Position numbers and translations under genes: made by a program
NCBI RefSeq assembly: GCF_964355755.1
Contig: NC_092676.1
Coordinates: 18,556,871 to 18,620,870 of the forward strand
DNA: 64,000 bases
Direction of reading: 5' to 3'
DNA from: Antedon mediterranea
Lineage: Eukaryota > Animalia > Echinodermata
The notes under the pieces: generated by a model
Told to the model about the DNA's origin: nothing
Seen by the model: only the letters and a program-made list of their open reading frames with translations
Databases searched by the model: none
In this document: positions 52,438 through 64,000 of the stretch, in pieces
Layout: the number at the start of each line of letters is the position of its first letter
How positions within the stretch are numbered: position 1 is the first letter of the stretch

Positions 52438-52760
52438 AGCGATATGGCATAATGGTATGGGTTAGGACTAGCATGTGAGGGACATGGGTTCGAGAACTTC
52501 TGCCATATTGCTTGTATCTTTCGGCAAGATGCTTCATTCTCATTTCCTCATCCTTTAGATAGGACGTAAAGCTGTTGGTCTTATGTATACAATGCACAAG
52601 TACGTTATGTACTGTAAATTATCATATTGAAAATAGAAGCGCTTCGTCTCCCGGTGAGCTATTGGTCTATAAAGGGCCTTACCCAAGTAATACATTTACA
52701 ATACACGCATACCATGTTGCCTCAAAATGTGCCTCTCAATTATAATAAAATATAAATAAC
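52438..52760 (+). mobile_element. Second tRNA-SINE family with CORE-like plus Deu-like segments (degraded)
   Basis: A box TGGCATAATGG, B box GGTTCGAGA, TGTATCTTTCGGCAAGATGCTT, GATAGGACGTAAAGCTGTTGGTC, TCTCCCGGTG. Confidence 0.55.
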
Positions 52761-54128
52761 ATTGTAATAATTTCATTATAGAATACTAGCCTGTCAGATA
52801 AAGACCAAACTAAATTAGCGACTGTGATTTTACGACTGAATGACAACAATAAGGCACTTGTGTCCAATCACATAATTATTCATGTAATCCATTTCAGTAA
52901 TTACTACACATTATTTATACGCTTTAATCACAGTATGATTGTGTTTCATAATGGTTAATTTGAGGATAATAGATTTAAATTTGCATTGTTTTGGGGTTTC
53001 AGTGAGTAGCTTATTTTGGCCTAATCATTTAAATTTGTTCTTTTGCACTGATTTTGTGTTATCAATCAGAAGTTTATAACTTATAATGCAAATTATTTAA
53101 ATCAGTTTTTTTTTGCCATGATTTTTGGCTTTATAAAAATAGTAGCTTAGTTTTTAGCCTAATTATTCAGTTTATTTTTTCGTCTTGTTTTAAATTGCAG
53201 AATTTTCACTGAGAAATGAAAAAAATATTTTTACAGAATAAAGCTTTTTATCACTTTTTAAATTTCTAATTTTTCAATTTTTGTTTAACTAATAAAAAAC
53301 AATCAGATTATCTTTAAATATTTGTGCTAAATAATTAATTTATGAAAATCTATGAGTACATTTTCCTTTTTGTAACTAATTGTTTCTATAGCAACTGGAT
53401 TCCAGACTAATCAGTATCCATGGTTACAAAATTTCATGCTAAAATTCAATTATCAAACTTTTTTTCTATAGCACTTTGAAAATATAAAAAAAAATATATA
53501 AAAAATATGTATTTAATTTTAACAGCAATATTATTTAATAATCCGGTAAACTTGCCAACAAACCGAAATACCAGAAAAATATTTATCGGGAAAAAAACGT
53601 TTGTTTTCTATTCTCCACAAAATAAAAACGGAGATAAACCTTCACAAGTCATCATCATCATTTCTGCCATAACCAGCCTACTGCAGAAAGAAAGCATCCC
53701 CAAGCTAACACATCCTTTTCAGTTCTGTGCAGCTCTCATCCAAGATATGCCAGTTAGTTATACAATCGCATATCTTCATAAAAAAAAAAGAAAATAAAAA
53801 AGAAAGAAAACAAACAAAATAACCCCCCAAAACAAAAACAAAACAACAAAGCTTTAAAAAAGAATAAACAAATTGTCAATAACACTTTAGATAGATGATA
53901 AAACTATATTCTTAAATTGTACATAGATATAATCTATTTACATAAATAATAATATCTTAAAATTACCAAAAATACAAACTCTGAGTATATAAAAATACTA
54001 TAAAACATACAAAATATTTCAATTAATTATTGTTCAACAAAGCAATCATTTCCAATTAAACTTCCAATAGAGATATGCATGAATGGCAATCTGGTTAAAT
54101 TATTATCAAGAATATCTATCTATTTCAG

Positions 54129-54221
54129 GTGAGATTGGTAAACATTAGTAATAATGACATTGTAGATGGGAATCCAAAGCTAACACTCGGACTAGTCTGG
54201 AGTATTATTTCACATTGGCAG
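54129..54221 (+). CDS. DMD: Dystrophin-family exon equivalent to DMD exon 5 ([31 protein letters not shown])
   Basis: 93 nt, phase 0-0, tttcag|...CAG|gtaagt; ABS2 motif LVNI..DIVDGN.KLTLGL.W.II.HWQ. No exon-6 equivalent was found before the window end. Confidence 0.96.
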
Positions 54222-54359
54222 GTAAGTCAATACATTACTGATCTTTTTTTTAGAGTAATAAACGATGAGAAATGTATTTGTTGACACACAGGTAATGAAA
54301 ATAAATAAAGTTGTAAGACCACATCATATTGCTAAGGCGAGGTGATAAAAATTGGGGTT

Positions 54360-54590
54360 TCACCGACAGTGTCCAACCGAACCTAGTTAGCCAAGATTGA
54401 GTTTGGAGTGTCACCGACATTGTCCAACCGGACCTAGTTAGCCAAGATTGAGTTTGGAGTGTCACTGACAGTGTCCAACCGGACCTAATTTGCCAAGATT
54501 GAGATTGGAGTGTCACCTACAGTGTCCAACCGGACCTACAGTAGTTAGCCAAGAGTCACTGACAGTGTCCAACCGGACCTAGTTAGTGAC
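54360..54590. repeat. 51-bp minisatellite x~4.5
   Basis: TCACCGACAGTGTCCAACCGGACCTAGTTAGCCAAGATTGAGTTTGGAGTG at 54360, 54411, 54462, 54513 and partial 54556. Confidence 0.95.
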
Positions 54591-55239
54591 AGGCCCAGGA
54601 AAACATATTATATGTAAAATATAAAAAAATCTTACATTTATTGTCGATAATTTAAGGAAAATATCTCACTTAAGTGCAATTGTTGAATATAACCACTGTG
54701 GTGTATATTGTCATACTCTCCTTCGGTGTTTGTTTTGTCGTTTTCTAATGTAAAACCAACCTTAGCTATTTATTATTTTACCATTACCAGACCCTACTTT
54801 ACATCTGTATACAGTATACAAGGACAGTGTTGTTAATTTTTTTTTAAAATAAAAATATAATTAACATTCAATATTAAATTTTGTAATTATGACTTTATGT
54901 TCCTCCAAACTAAAATAGTTTGTTTACATACTGATTTGTTCAGTTGTATTATTCAGTAATATGAATATAACTGTTATAGGTTTAGGAAAAGTGAGTACAA
55001 AGTAATTTTGATCAAGTTTAGTGTATCATGCAGATAGTATGCACAGCTGGATATTGGGTCAACCCAGTAGGAGATGAGTTCAGGCTACCTCCATGGTTCA
55101 GTAGAATGCATCCTACAATACAATATTCAGTAGATGTCTTTAAAGTTTGGTCTGTGTATTGGAATCTGTTTTGAGTTCATTGGTGACTTCATAGTAACAA
55201 TAATGTTGTTACATTTAATTATGGATCTTGGAAATTAAT

Positions 55240-55780
55240 ACACCATTTACCATTATCAGCATCACAATCATTTACCAGCATCACAATCATTTACCATCAT
55301 CACTATCACAATAATTTTCCATCATCACCATCATCATTTTCCATCATCACAATCATTTACCATCATCACTATTACAATCATTTACCATCATCACCATTAC
55401 AATCATTTACGATCATCACAATCATTTACCATCATCACCATCACAATCATACCATCATCATAATCATTTACCATCATCACCAACATAATCATTTACTATT
55501 ACCACCACCATCACAATCATTTACCATCCCCACCATCATCAACATCACATACCATCATCACCATCATTTAACATCATCACCATCATTTACTATCATCATC
55601 ATCATAATCATTTACCATCATTTACCACCATCACCATCATTGACCAGCATCATCACCACCACCATTTACCATCATCACCATCATTTACCACCATCACCAT
55701 CATTTACCACCATCACCATCATTTACCACCATCATCATCATTTAACCCCATCATTTACCATCAGCAAAATCACTTAATTA
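55240..55780. repeat. Cryptic (CAT/CAC)n microsatellite with CATTTAC spacers
   Basis: Directly visible low-complexity tract. Confidence 0.95.
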
Positions 55781-56393
55781 TAATCACCTAAATATAATCA
55801 ATCAATCAGTAATCCCCTTAATATTTTTTTAATTAACAAATACCTCACCACTAGCATAATCATTTGCCATCATCAACATTACAATCATTAAATAAAAAAA
55901 TATTCTGTTTATAATTTTTTAACTGCCACTTTTTGCTCATTTAATTAATTAATATATACATTTATAATTCCAGACTATCGATCAACGTACTCAGATGTGT
56001 ATGACTTTTATCACAAAATTCATTCAAATCCTTTGACATTTACATTTCTCAACAACTTACAATTGTAATAAATGTTTTCTTTGTCATTGTATTAATGAGG
56101 TTGCCTTGCTTGCATCCATTTGTTTCTGACCATTACTTATTAATGTAAATGTCTTTGTCCGCGGGTAGACTATCAATTGAACAAGGCTTTATGTCGCCAA
56201 TCAGGACATTTCTTTACATTTGTCATTTTCATGCATTCTGAGCAGGTTCATTTTAAATTCTACTTGTGTTGCAGTCTCCGTGTCTAAGTGTTTTAAGAAA
56301 GGAAACCAATATATAAGGTTAGTTTTAACGCAAGTTGAGTTTTCTGAATACAGTATGCCTGATTTCAGATGATTTAGGTTTAATTATTTTTTG

Positions 56394-56935
56394 GTCAAGT
56401 CAAGTCAAGTATTTATTATCATTTGTTTTAAGAAAAAACATAGAAATTCTGTTTTCTCTGTTGGCGGAGCACAATATCCAACGGACACAATACGAACTCA
56501 AAAACAAATACATAACATAAAAGTGTCTACATTATTTTTAAGGCTCTAATAGCTCCTGGAAAGAAACTATTTGTAAATCGTGCCTTATTGGCCTTAATAG
56601 AACGAAATCGCCGACTGCTGCGCATCAACTGGAACATACTAGAGGCCGGATGAAATTGATCATCTTTGATAGCCACTGCCTTTTTCAGAAGACGATCCGA
56701 AAATATGTTCTCCAAAGGCAATTGTGGAGATCCAATTATACGCGATGCGGTCTTGACTATTCTATTTAGGTCACGCTTTTCATTTTCGGTAGCGCTACCG
56801 AACCATACCGTTAAAGAATACGTTATGACACTCTCTATAACTGACCTATAGAAGGACAACATTATTTCAGAGTTTATACCAAATGATCTATTGTCTACGT
56901 AGGAAGTAGATTCTTCTTTGGGCGTTTCTAATAAA
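56394..56935 (-). mobile_element. 5'-truncated Rex1/Babar-like LINE (DUF1891-type C-terminus)
   Basis: ORF 56527-56862 FYRSVIESVITYSLTVWFG..LNRIVKTASRIIG..HPA..F..SRRFRSI..RFTNSFFPGAIR; (CTTGA)n tail at 56394-56410. Confidence 0.85.
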
Positions 56936-58304
56936 CAGACATACAGACAATACAGGCTTATGCCTTAGGGATTCTCCCACATAATATAACTAATAAAACC
57001 TAAATTAAATTTATTCACTTTTTATTACTTTATTAATAATTGTATTATTTTTTCATATTCCAATAATTTATTTTTAGTCGATGTCTGGTATCTCAAGCCA
57101 AAGAAAATCAGTTTGTTAAAAGTTTTGATTTTTGTTTAAATGCATCGCATACTATTATGCTTTTTTCCTCATAAAAATGTATTATTTTTACTGTTATTTT
57201 TCTGGTGGCTTAAGAAGTTTTCCAAGCCTGTATTATCATGTCCGCTACTGGTCTCTAGTTTGAAAAGGGCAACAGACAAAACCCCTTAGCTACAGGCTTG
57301 TTTTTCACACATTGTGTAATATAATTTAAATTAACCGTATTTGGCTTGTTTATGTATTATTATGTGATACGATAATATAAACAGAAACGAATATATGCTG
57401 AAACTGTAATATAAGTAAATTGAAATGTCATTGCACATAAATTTCATTTAACTCTTTGATTAATACTTTTATCTTTCTGCTGAACCATTCAAGCAAGAAG
57501 TAACTGATCTTATCCAATTGGAAATAACAATTCTGAACTTGAGATGACCTACTATAAATATAAATACTTCATGTGTTGTTACATAATACCTAACATAATT
57601 TATATAGTATTTAACTGAATATTACTTCAACTTTATTGCATTAATGTTGTCGGCCATCTTGATTTTAGACCCTAAAGAAAATTTCAGTATAATGTCGCCT
57701 AGTTTGCTCACAATTCTTCTGAGATTATCTATTTGGTGGTACAGTATTTCAGTTATGTAATTAACTTTTGACGCCTTGCCAAGGTACTACCTACAGCAGT
57801 TCACAAAAAATAACTCCATATTATTTTGTAACTCAATATCAAGCATCCTTTCTCCCTGGACTTCCAATATGGTACATCATGATACTAACTTACTGTAAAC
57901 AATTGCATCATAAGTAAAAACCAACGCTTCCTTAAAATAATATAAAATCCACAGATTTAGAAATGTAATGTAATTAAATGTATTTTGTGTAAATTGTTCA
58001 TTTGTTTAATTTATCCTTCATTGAAAAAAATAGAATTCAAAAACAGTTTATAACAATATCTGATTGGGATCAAACCAGAGTTTTTCCAGATCAGTATTCT
58101 TTAGAAATGTGGTTAATTTTTTTTTCTCCATGGTGTGGATGTATGTATTGTAGCTACTGGTAGTATACATTTTGAAAATCTGGATTTTTTTGGCTTAATG
58201 CTATAAAGTCTATTTAGCTACTACTATAAGTACAGATACAAAAGTCACGAGTACTCAGATATGAGTATAGAACGAGGAGAGAGAGAGAGTACAGATATAA
58301 ACAT

Positions 58305-59050
58305 TTAGTGTGAACCAGGCTGTTTTTATCTAATTTATCCTTTAGTTAGCTACGTGACTAGTAGTAGTAGGGATTATTAGTAATGATCTGGATCAGAATG
58401 CCTTAGTGTGACCCAGGCTGTTTACTGATTTATCCTTTAGTTAGCTACGTGACTAGTAGTAGTAGGGATTATTAGTAATGATCTGGATCAGAATGCCTTA
58501 GTGTGACCCAGGCGGTTTATATACTGATTTATCCTTTAGTTAGCTACGTGACTAGTAGTAGTAGGGATTATTAGTAATGATCTGGATCAGAATGCCTTAG
58601 TGTGACCCAGGCTGTTTATATACTGATTTATACTTTGTAATTAGCTACGTGACTAGTAGTAGTAGGGATTATTAGTAATGATCTGGATCAGAATGCCTTA
58701 GTGTGACCAGGCTGTTTATATACTGATTTATCCTTTAGTTACGTGACTAGTAGTAGTAGGGATTATTAGTAATGATCTGGATCAGAATGCCTTAGTGTGA
58801 CCAGGCTGTTTATATACTGATTTAACCTTTAGTTAGCTACGTGACTAGTAGTAGTAGGGATTATTAGTAATGATCTGGATCAGAATGCCTTAGTGTGACC
58901 CAGGCTGTTTATATACTGATTTATCCTTTAGTTAGCTACGTGACTAGTAGTAGTAGGGATTATGATCTGGATCAGAATGCCTTAGTGTGACCAGGCTGTT
59001 TATATACTGATTTATACTTTATAATTAGCTACTTGACTAGCTGGGATTAT
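58305..59050. repeat. Homogeneous ~98-bp tandem array x~7.7
   Basis: Unit TTAGTGTGACCCAGGCTGTTTATATACTGATTTATCCTTTAGTTAGCTACGTGACTAGTAGTAGTAGGGATTATTAGTAATGATCTGGATCAGAATGCC; starts at ~58305, 58402, 58498, 58597, 58698, 58792, 58890 and 58982. Confidence 0.97.
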
Positions 59051-61368
59051 AGTGCAGTAAATCATCGCTCTAATACCATATTAGCTATGTTGATATCTGT
59101 TCAATTTATTACAGAAATCGCTGAATTTTAACAGAAATAATCAAAATTGTTCACCTGTTTCTTACGCTGTCTGTTTCAAGCATGAACAAACACGGGAAAG
59201 CACTTTGAATTCTAATGACATGTTATATTCCATGCTTGAAGCGCTGTCGATGCTCATTGGTGTCATTGTGCACAAACTAATACTCTATTTTTTAGATGAT
59301 ATGTCTTAAATATATTTGTCTCTAAATTTGATCGATTCATCTCAACATCTCTTTAAAAATTCTAAAATTTTATTTCTGATTTGCTTTGACAAAGAAATAA
59401 TATCTGATAGAATGAAATATTTTAAATTAAAAAGTATTGTCTCAGTAAGTGATAAATTTGTTCATTTTTTAGATATTACACTAAAAACTAAAAGCTAACA
59501 TATATATTTTGTAGAATATTTTCATATTTGACCTAGTATAGTCTCATGGGGCCTGGACACGGGTAAAATAGGATAACCGAGATTATACTTGGATGCTGTA
59601 TTTTTAATTTATTCAGATGTTAAATTGTAAATATTAATTGTGTTAATTTAAAATTAATTGGTTATTGAAAAATTATCATACAGTAATTATTTTTATATTC
59701 CTAATTAAGAATATCTCCTAACCCTATTAGGAAAGCTGATCCACTGGACCTATCTGCCTCCTTAATGCCTGATCTCAATTTATTTTTTCATATTTTATCT
59801 TTTTATGTACAGTATTTTAAATATTTTGTTTATATCTTTAAGAACCAGTATTATAGTATAGTTGCTAATATTGTTTTTTGAATAAAAGTAAATAATATAA
59901 TAATTGTTTACTATCCTTTGTGAATAGCCTAGTTTTACAGTCTCGATGGCTTAGTTATAAACCAAAAATCTAGCAACAAATCCAGTTCAAATGCTATAAC
60001 TTGGCAACATCTACCTACTGTGCTACTGTACACAGGAATGATTTTTTCTTTTCACAGTTTGGAACTCTTACCGTGACTGTGGTAAATCTCAAAGTAAAAG
60101 AAAGTCCATGTTAAAACAGCGCTAAGATTTCCCTTCCTGCGATAGAAAATAATTAAGAAAGGCTGTAGCACCCAATGTCTGATATTCTCTGCTATACTTT
60201 TTGCAAGCTTTTTTATACGTACATGCTCTTTATTGTAGTGATGTCTTGAAGCAAACTAAAACCTTATGTAGTAAAAAATGTAGTTACTGCAATTACTGCA
60301 GTAGGCTGCAGTAGAAGAATTTTAACATGGTCTCTTTACCGTGTTGAATACATTTATTGTTTAACATATTGTACTTCAAAATCCAGCAAGTCAGTTTAAA
60401 CATTGATTGTTTGGGTTAATTTTTCAGGATACTGTATGTACAGTTTAGGCCAAAATGTTAAAATATATGCATAATCAAATGTACGGATAACAGCATGATA
60501 ATACTTTTGCTTCAAATATCTAGAATGCTATCCTAGTAAAACAGAGATTTGAAATGCATAATAAATGAGAATGACAATAAAGCGTACTAGGCTAAATTTA
60601 TTTTAGGCTTTAATATCTGTGAGCTTTTTGATTCTGACGTCAAGCTCGGCTTTAATTTCTGTAATATTTTATTGCGTTTGTGTGTAAAGTAGATTTTCCC
60701 ATGTCCAAAATTATTAGTGTTTATGAAATTAGTGAAGAATTTGTTAAAAATATGCTTAATCTTAAAAATGTATCCTAATATTCAAATTAAAAACAAAATA
60801 TGAATTTTAAAATGTATGAATATTATACACTACTTTCCGGTACAGTATTTATACCTTCTAGTCATTAAAAGTCTCTTTATATGAATAGTAGAATCAAGCA
60901 CTTTAATGGGTATCTTACCATTAATGGCTTTTGTTATGTAATGTTTGTCTGTGAAATACATATACCAATATAAATTTGCAAAATAAATCAATAATAAAAA
61001 AAAATGCCTAAATAATCAATCTAGGCTGAATTTAACAAAAATTGTGCGGGAAATTTTAAGCTAGCAAATGATCATTTGATTTCCTTTTCCAATTTGGTGA
61101 TTTGTGGGAAAAATAGTAAAAAAGTAACAAGAATACATAAAATGTTCAATTGGTATAAAGTATTAATTTCCATGTGTTTAGTATTTTTTTAATATAAGTA
61201 CAGTATTAAGAAAAATATAAAAAATATGGTAGAGTGACACCAATAAAAACGGGTATTGCTAAACACCGCAAACCCCGCAAACCTCCAAAAAAATATACCA
61301 AACCCCACCGAACCAACATAAAAGTGATTGACTAATGTAGTGTACTGGGTATATAAATTATTAAATTT

Positions 61369-61475
61369 CTACTGTTAACTACTTTTTTGGGGATAAAACA
61401 TCATTTAAAAAAAATTAGCAATCATTTTTGACCAAAAAATAATGTTTTACCCCAAAAATAAGTAGTTAACAGTAG
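61369..61475. mobile_element. Short palindromic MITE / hairpin
   Basis: CTACTGTTAACTACTTTTTTGGGGATAAAACAT ... ATGTTTTACCCCAAAAATAAGTAGTTAACAGTAG. Confidence 0.7.
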
Positions 61476-61688
61476 TAATTGTTTTATATGTTGCCTAAAA
61501 ATAAAATTCTGTGTAAATTATATTTCTGTGATTGTGAACTAATACCAAGTTTACTTTACAAAACAAAACATAATAAACCAGTCATCACAGTAGAATAAAA
61601 AAATTGTATTGTCAGACAAACATGTTTGATTGTTTACAATTGCGATTATCAATGTCATGTCTATTAAAACAGTGAACTATTGTACTTA

Positions 61689-62005
61689 GCGAGTGAGTGG
61701 CCGAGCCGGTTAAGACAGTGGAACCGTAATTACGTAGCCATAACATCGACAGGGGTTCGAGGCTCACTCACTCCATGGTTCTGGTGGTAGAACGAGTCTT
61801 CTCGGATAAGGACTATAAACCGTAGGTCCAGTGTACACAACTAGCTTGTGTGCACTTTAAAGAACCTAGTACATCTTTCGAGACGAGTAGGGGGTTACCC
61901 CGGTGTATTAGTACATCACAGCCACTGATCACCAACTGGGCCCTCTGGGAGACCAGTCTTTGACTGAAGAGGTTACCCAGTATAAATATATATTTCAATC
62001 AATCA
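61689..62005 (+). mobile_element. Young Deu-SINE copy with (TCAA)n tail
   Basis: Head and core nearly identical to the 36902 copy; different 3' region after CACAGCCACTG. Confidence 0.85.
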
Positions 62006-64000
62006 TTTGATGTACACAATGTTCATACTGTATACAGGTGTATAGGAAATCTATTTGTACATCATTCAGTTTTTTATTAAACCTGAGGTGGTGGTCAGCA
62101 TATTACTACTGTATTAATAAAATAAAAACTGTATTGAAGGCAGATTTGGAACATCTTAAATAAATTGAATTTAAAATTATGTATAAAAACAAAATATTAA
62201 ACAAAAAAGAAACAAGATCTTTGTTCTTAAAAATATAAACTATAGTTGGCCTGCAGAAGTTGTAATATTTGAGTTTAAATATCACGGAATTACGTTATTT
62301 AGCCTGTGAAATACAAAAGAATTGATAAAGTAAAATTATTTCACTTTGAAAATATTAACTGGTTTATTAATTAAAGAAAGGAAAGTGAGAAGTTGAAGAT
62401 GCATTCAGACATAAACAAGGAGAGACATTTAATATTCCAAATAATTGAGTTCTTCAGATAGCAAATCAAATTTGATATATTGCATAGCTAGATATATACC
62501 CAGTGACCCAGTTGGGGTCACTGTCAACATTCCCACTCTATTACAATGTGTAGATGTTCAACATTTGAATAAAACTAATGTTTTGAAGTTAAGGTTAAAT
62601 AGAAACAATATTTAATTTTCTCACTTGGTTGATACCATACAATCCAAGGTTTTCTATATAACTGTGTACAGGGTTATGCAAGCAAACAGGAATTCTCATA
62701 ATATTATAGTAATGATAATATAACCCTATGTAAATCTATTACCTGGTGCTAATGTATAGTCTTATCACATGCAAGGTTAGAGCGAGTTAATACCAACATC
62801 TTGGTTTGATAAAATACCAGGACAGATGATCAGTCAAATGTCCTTTGCTTTAGCTTTAGCCAAACTAATAATAGACAAACGATTTATCCACATGAAATCA
62901 CATTTTTCTATTATAGTAAAAAAAAAACTGTTTAATAGAATTCTGCTGGTTTTGAGATGACCATAGCTTCTCAGTCTCCTTACTTTTTTCTATACCAGAT
63001 TTATACGCCTATTACCATATTCAAATACTTTTTAGTTCATTTTTGATTTGTTGCCATTTTAATTTCATACTTAGGGGCTACCATACAACAAGACTTTTGA
63101 TTTACTTTCTTTTTCATTTTTATATTTAAAAAATTAATTCTAGAAGAAACAAGAATGCGTTTGTACTTGAAAAAAAATACATAAAAAAAAAATTGATTGA
63201 TTGAAAGTAACTTGTACTTTTTACCTTCAATACACAAAGCTTTTACTCAGATTTTAAAAGTATATATAGTTTAATTTAAAAAAATATCTTTGTACATGAA
63301 AAGAAATCCTTTTTTAAGATTATTTTTATTGAAAAACTATTCCTGCATATGTAGTAAATCTGTATTTTCAAAAATCATATGTTATATTATTCCACTAGGC
63401 TATTACAAGTAAATTATTGACATGGTTATATTAATGAGGATCACTTAATTGATAAATTGCTGTATCAATGGTGATATTATTGATTCATAAAACCTTCTCT
63501 GTAGTATGTTTCACCTGGTGTTGTTGTGCACATTGAAGGAGACGATCCAATTCAACTTTATCTAATTTACAATATTTCTAGCAGCAGGTCATCTTATGTA
63601 CTGCGTTTCCTATCCTTTTCATTTCAAAGCTTATAACACTACTCTCCGCTATACAGCAATGAAAGCTAAATTAGAAAATGTCGTCATTGAATTTTTTTTT
63701 GCTTGGCAGTTGTCGTAATTATCATAGCATTACTTTTACTTTACGATTGAATTCATAAAATAAAGGTAATACACTTTCTTAAATAATGACCAATCAGTTT
63801 TTGTCTTGGCTCAGTAATATGTAGATGTTCTTAAATTTATGTAGATTTTATTTTTAAAGCTTCAAAAATGTATTATGTACAGATTTTATGAAATTTCCAA
63901 ACGTATATTGGCAAACTAAACTTCTTAAAACTATAATGCATGAGGGTTTGTTTTCTTATGGTTTTATATTTTATTATTTGTTTGTCTTTGGTTGTGGAAT

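Noticed and set aside
37946-54221. Spectraplakin (MACF1/dystonin/plectin) or beta-spectrin identity
   Set aside because: Exon sizes, KWVNAQ, HWQ and IKSRSDE fit dystrophin/utrophin better.
58305-59050. CRISPR-like appearance of regular repeats (also 54360-54590 and 7511-7770)
   Set aside because: Units are contiguous with no unique spacers, there are no cas genes, and the context is a eukaryotic intron.
587-63237. Remaining 60-110-aa ORFs in the track
   Set aside because: Low-complexity AT-rich translations without recognisable motifs, many starting at TTG/GTG; expected by chance.

Overview
AT-rich animal genomic DNA, most likely an invertebrate deuterostome such as an echinoderm (inferred from repeat families, GPCR type and CpG pattern). 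It is not prokaryotic and has no CRISPR array or operons. Two genes lie head-to-head. (1) An intronless class A GPCR ORF on the minus strand (5556-6476). (2) The 5' part of a very large dystrophin/utrophin-family gene on the plus strand, which the ORF track misses. Its coding exons are at 12196-12289, 37946-38007, 40469-40561, 41310-41387 and 54129-54221. The last four measure 62/93/78/93 nt, matching human DMD exons 2-5, and encode the CH1 actin-binding domain. The gene runs off the right edge. The first coding intron holds two further candidate alternative first coding exons (28698-28725, 31237-31282) that splice in frame. The introns are full of SINEs (a tRNA/Deu-domain family with swapped tails, a CORE-like SINE, a 5S-rRNA-headed element), LINE 3' fragments, MITEs and minisatellites. 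The most unusual items are a hammerhead-remnant + tRNA-like cassette inside a ~290-bp-arm foldback, a ~98-bp tandem array folding into sense-strand G-U hairpins, and recurrent TA-CAG-TA/TA-CTG-TA transposon excision footprints. All alignments and folds were done by eye.
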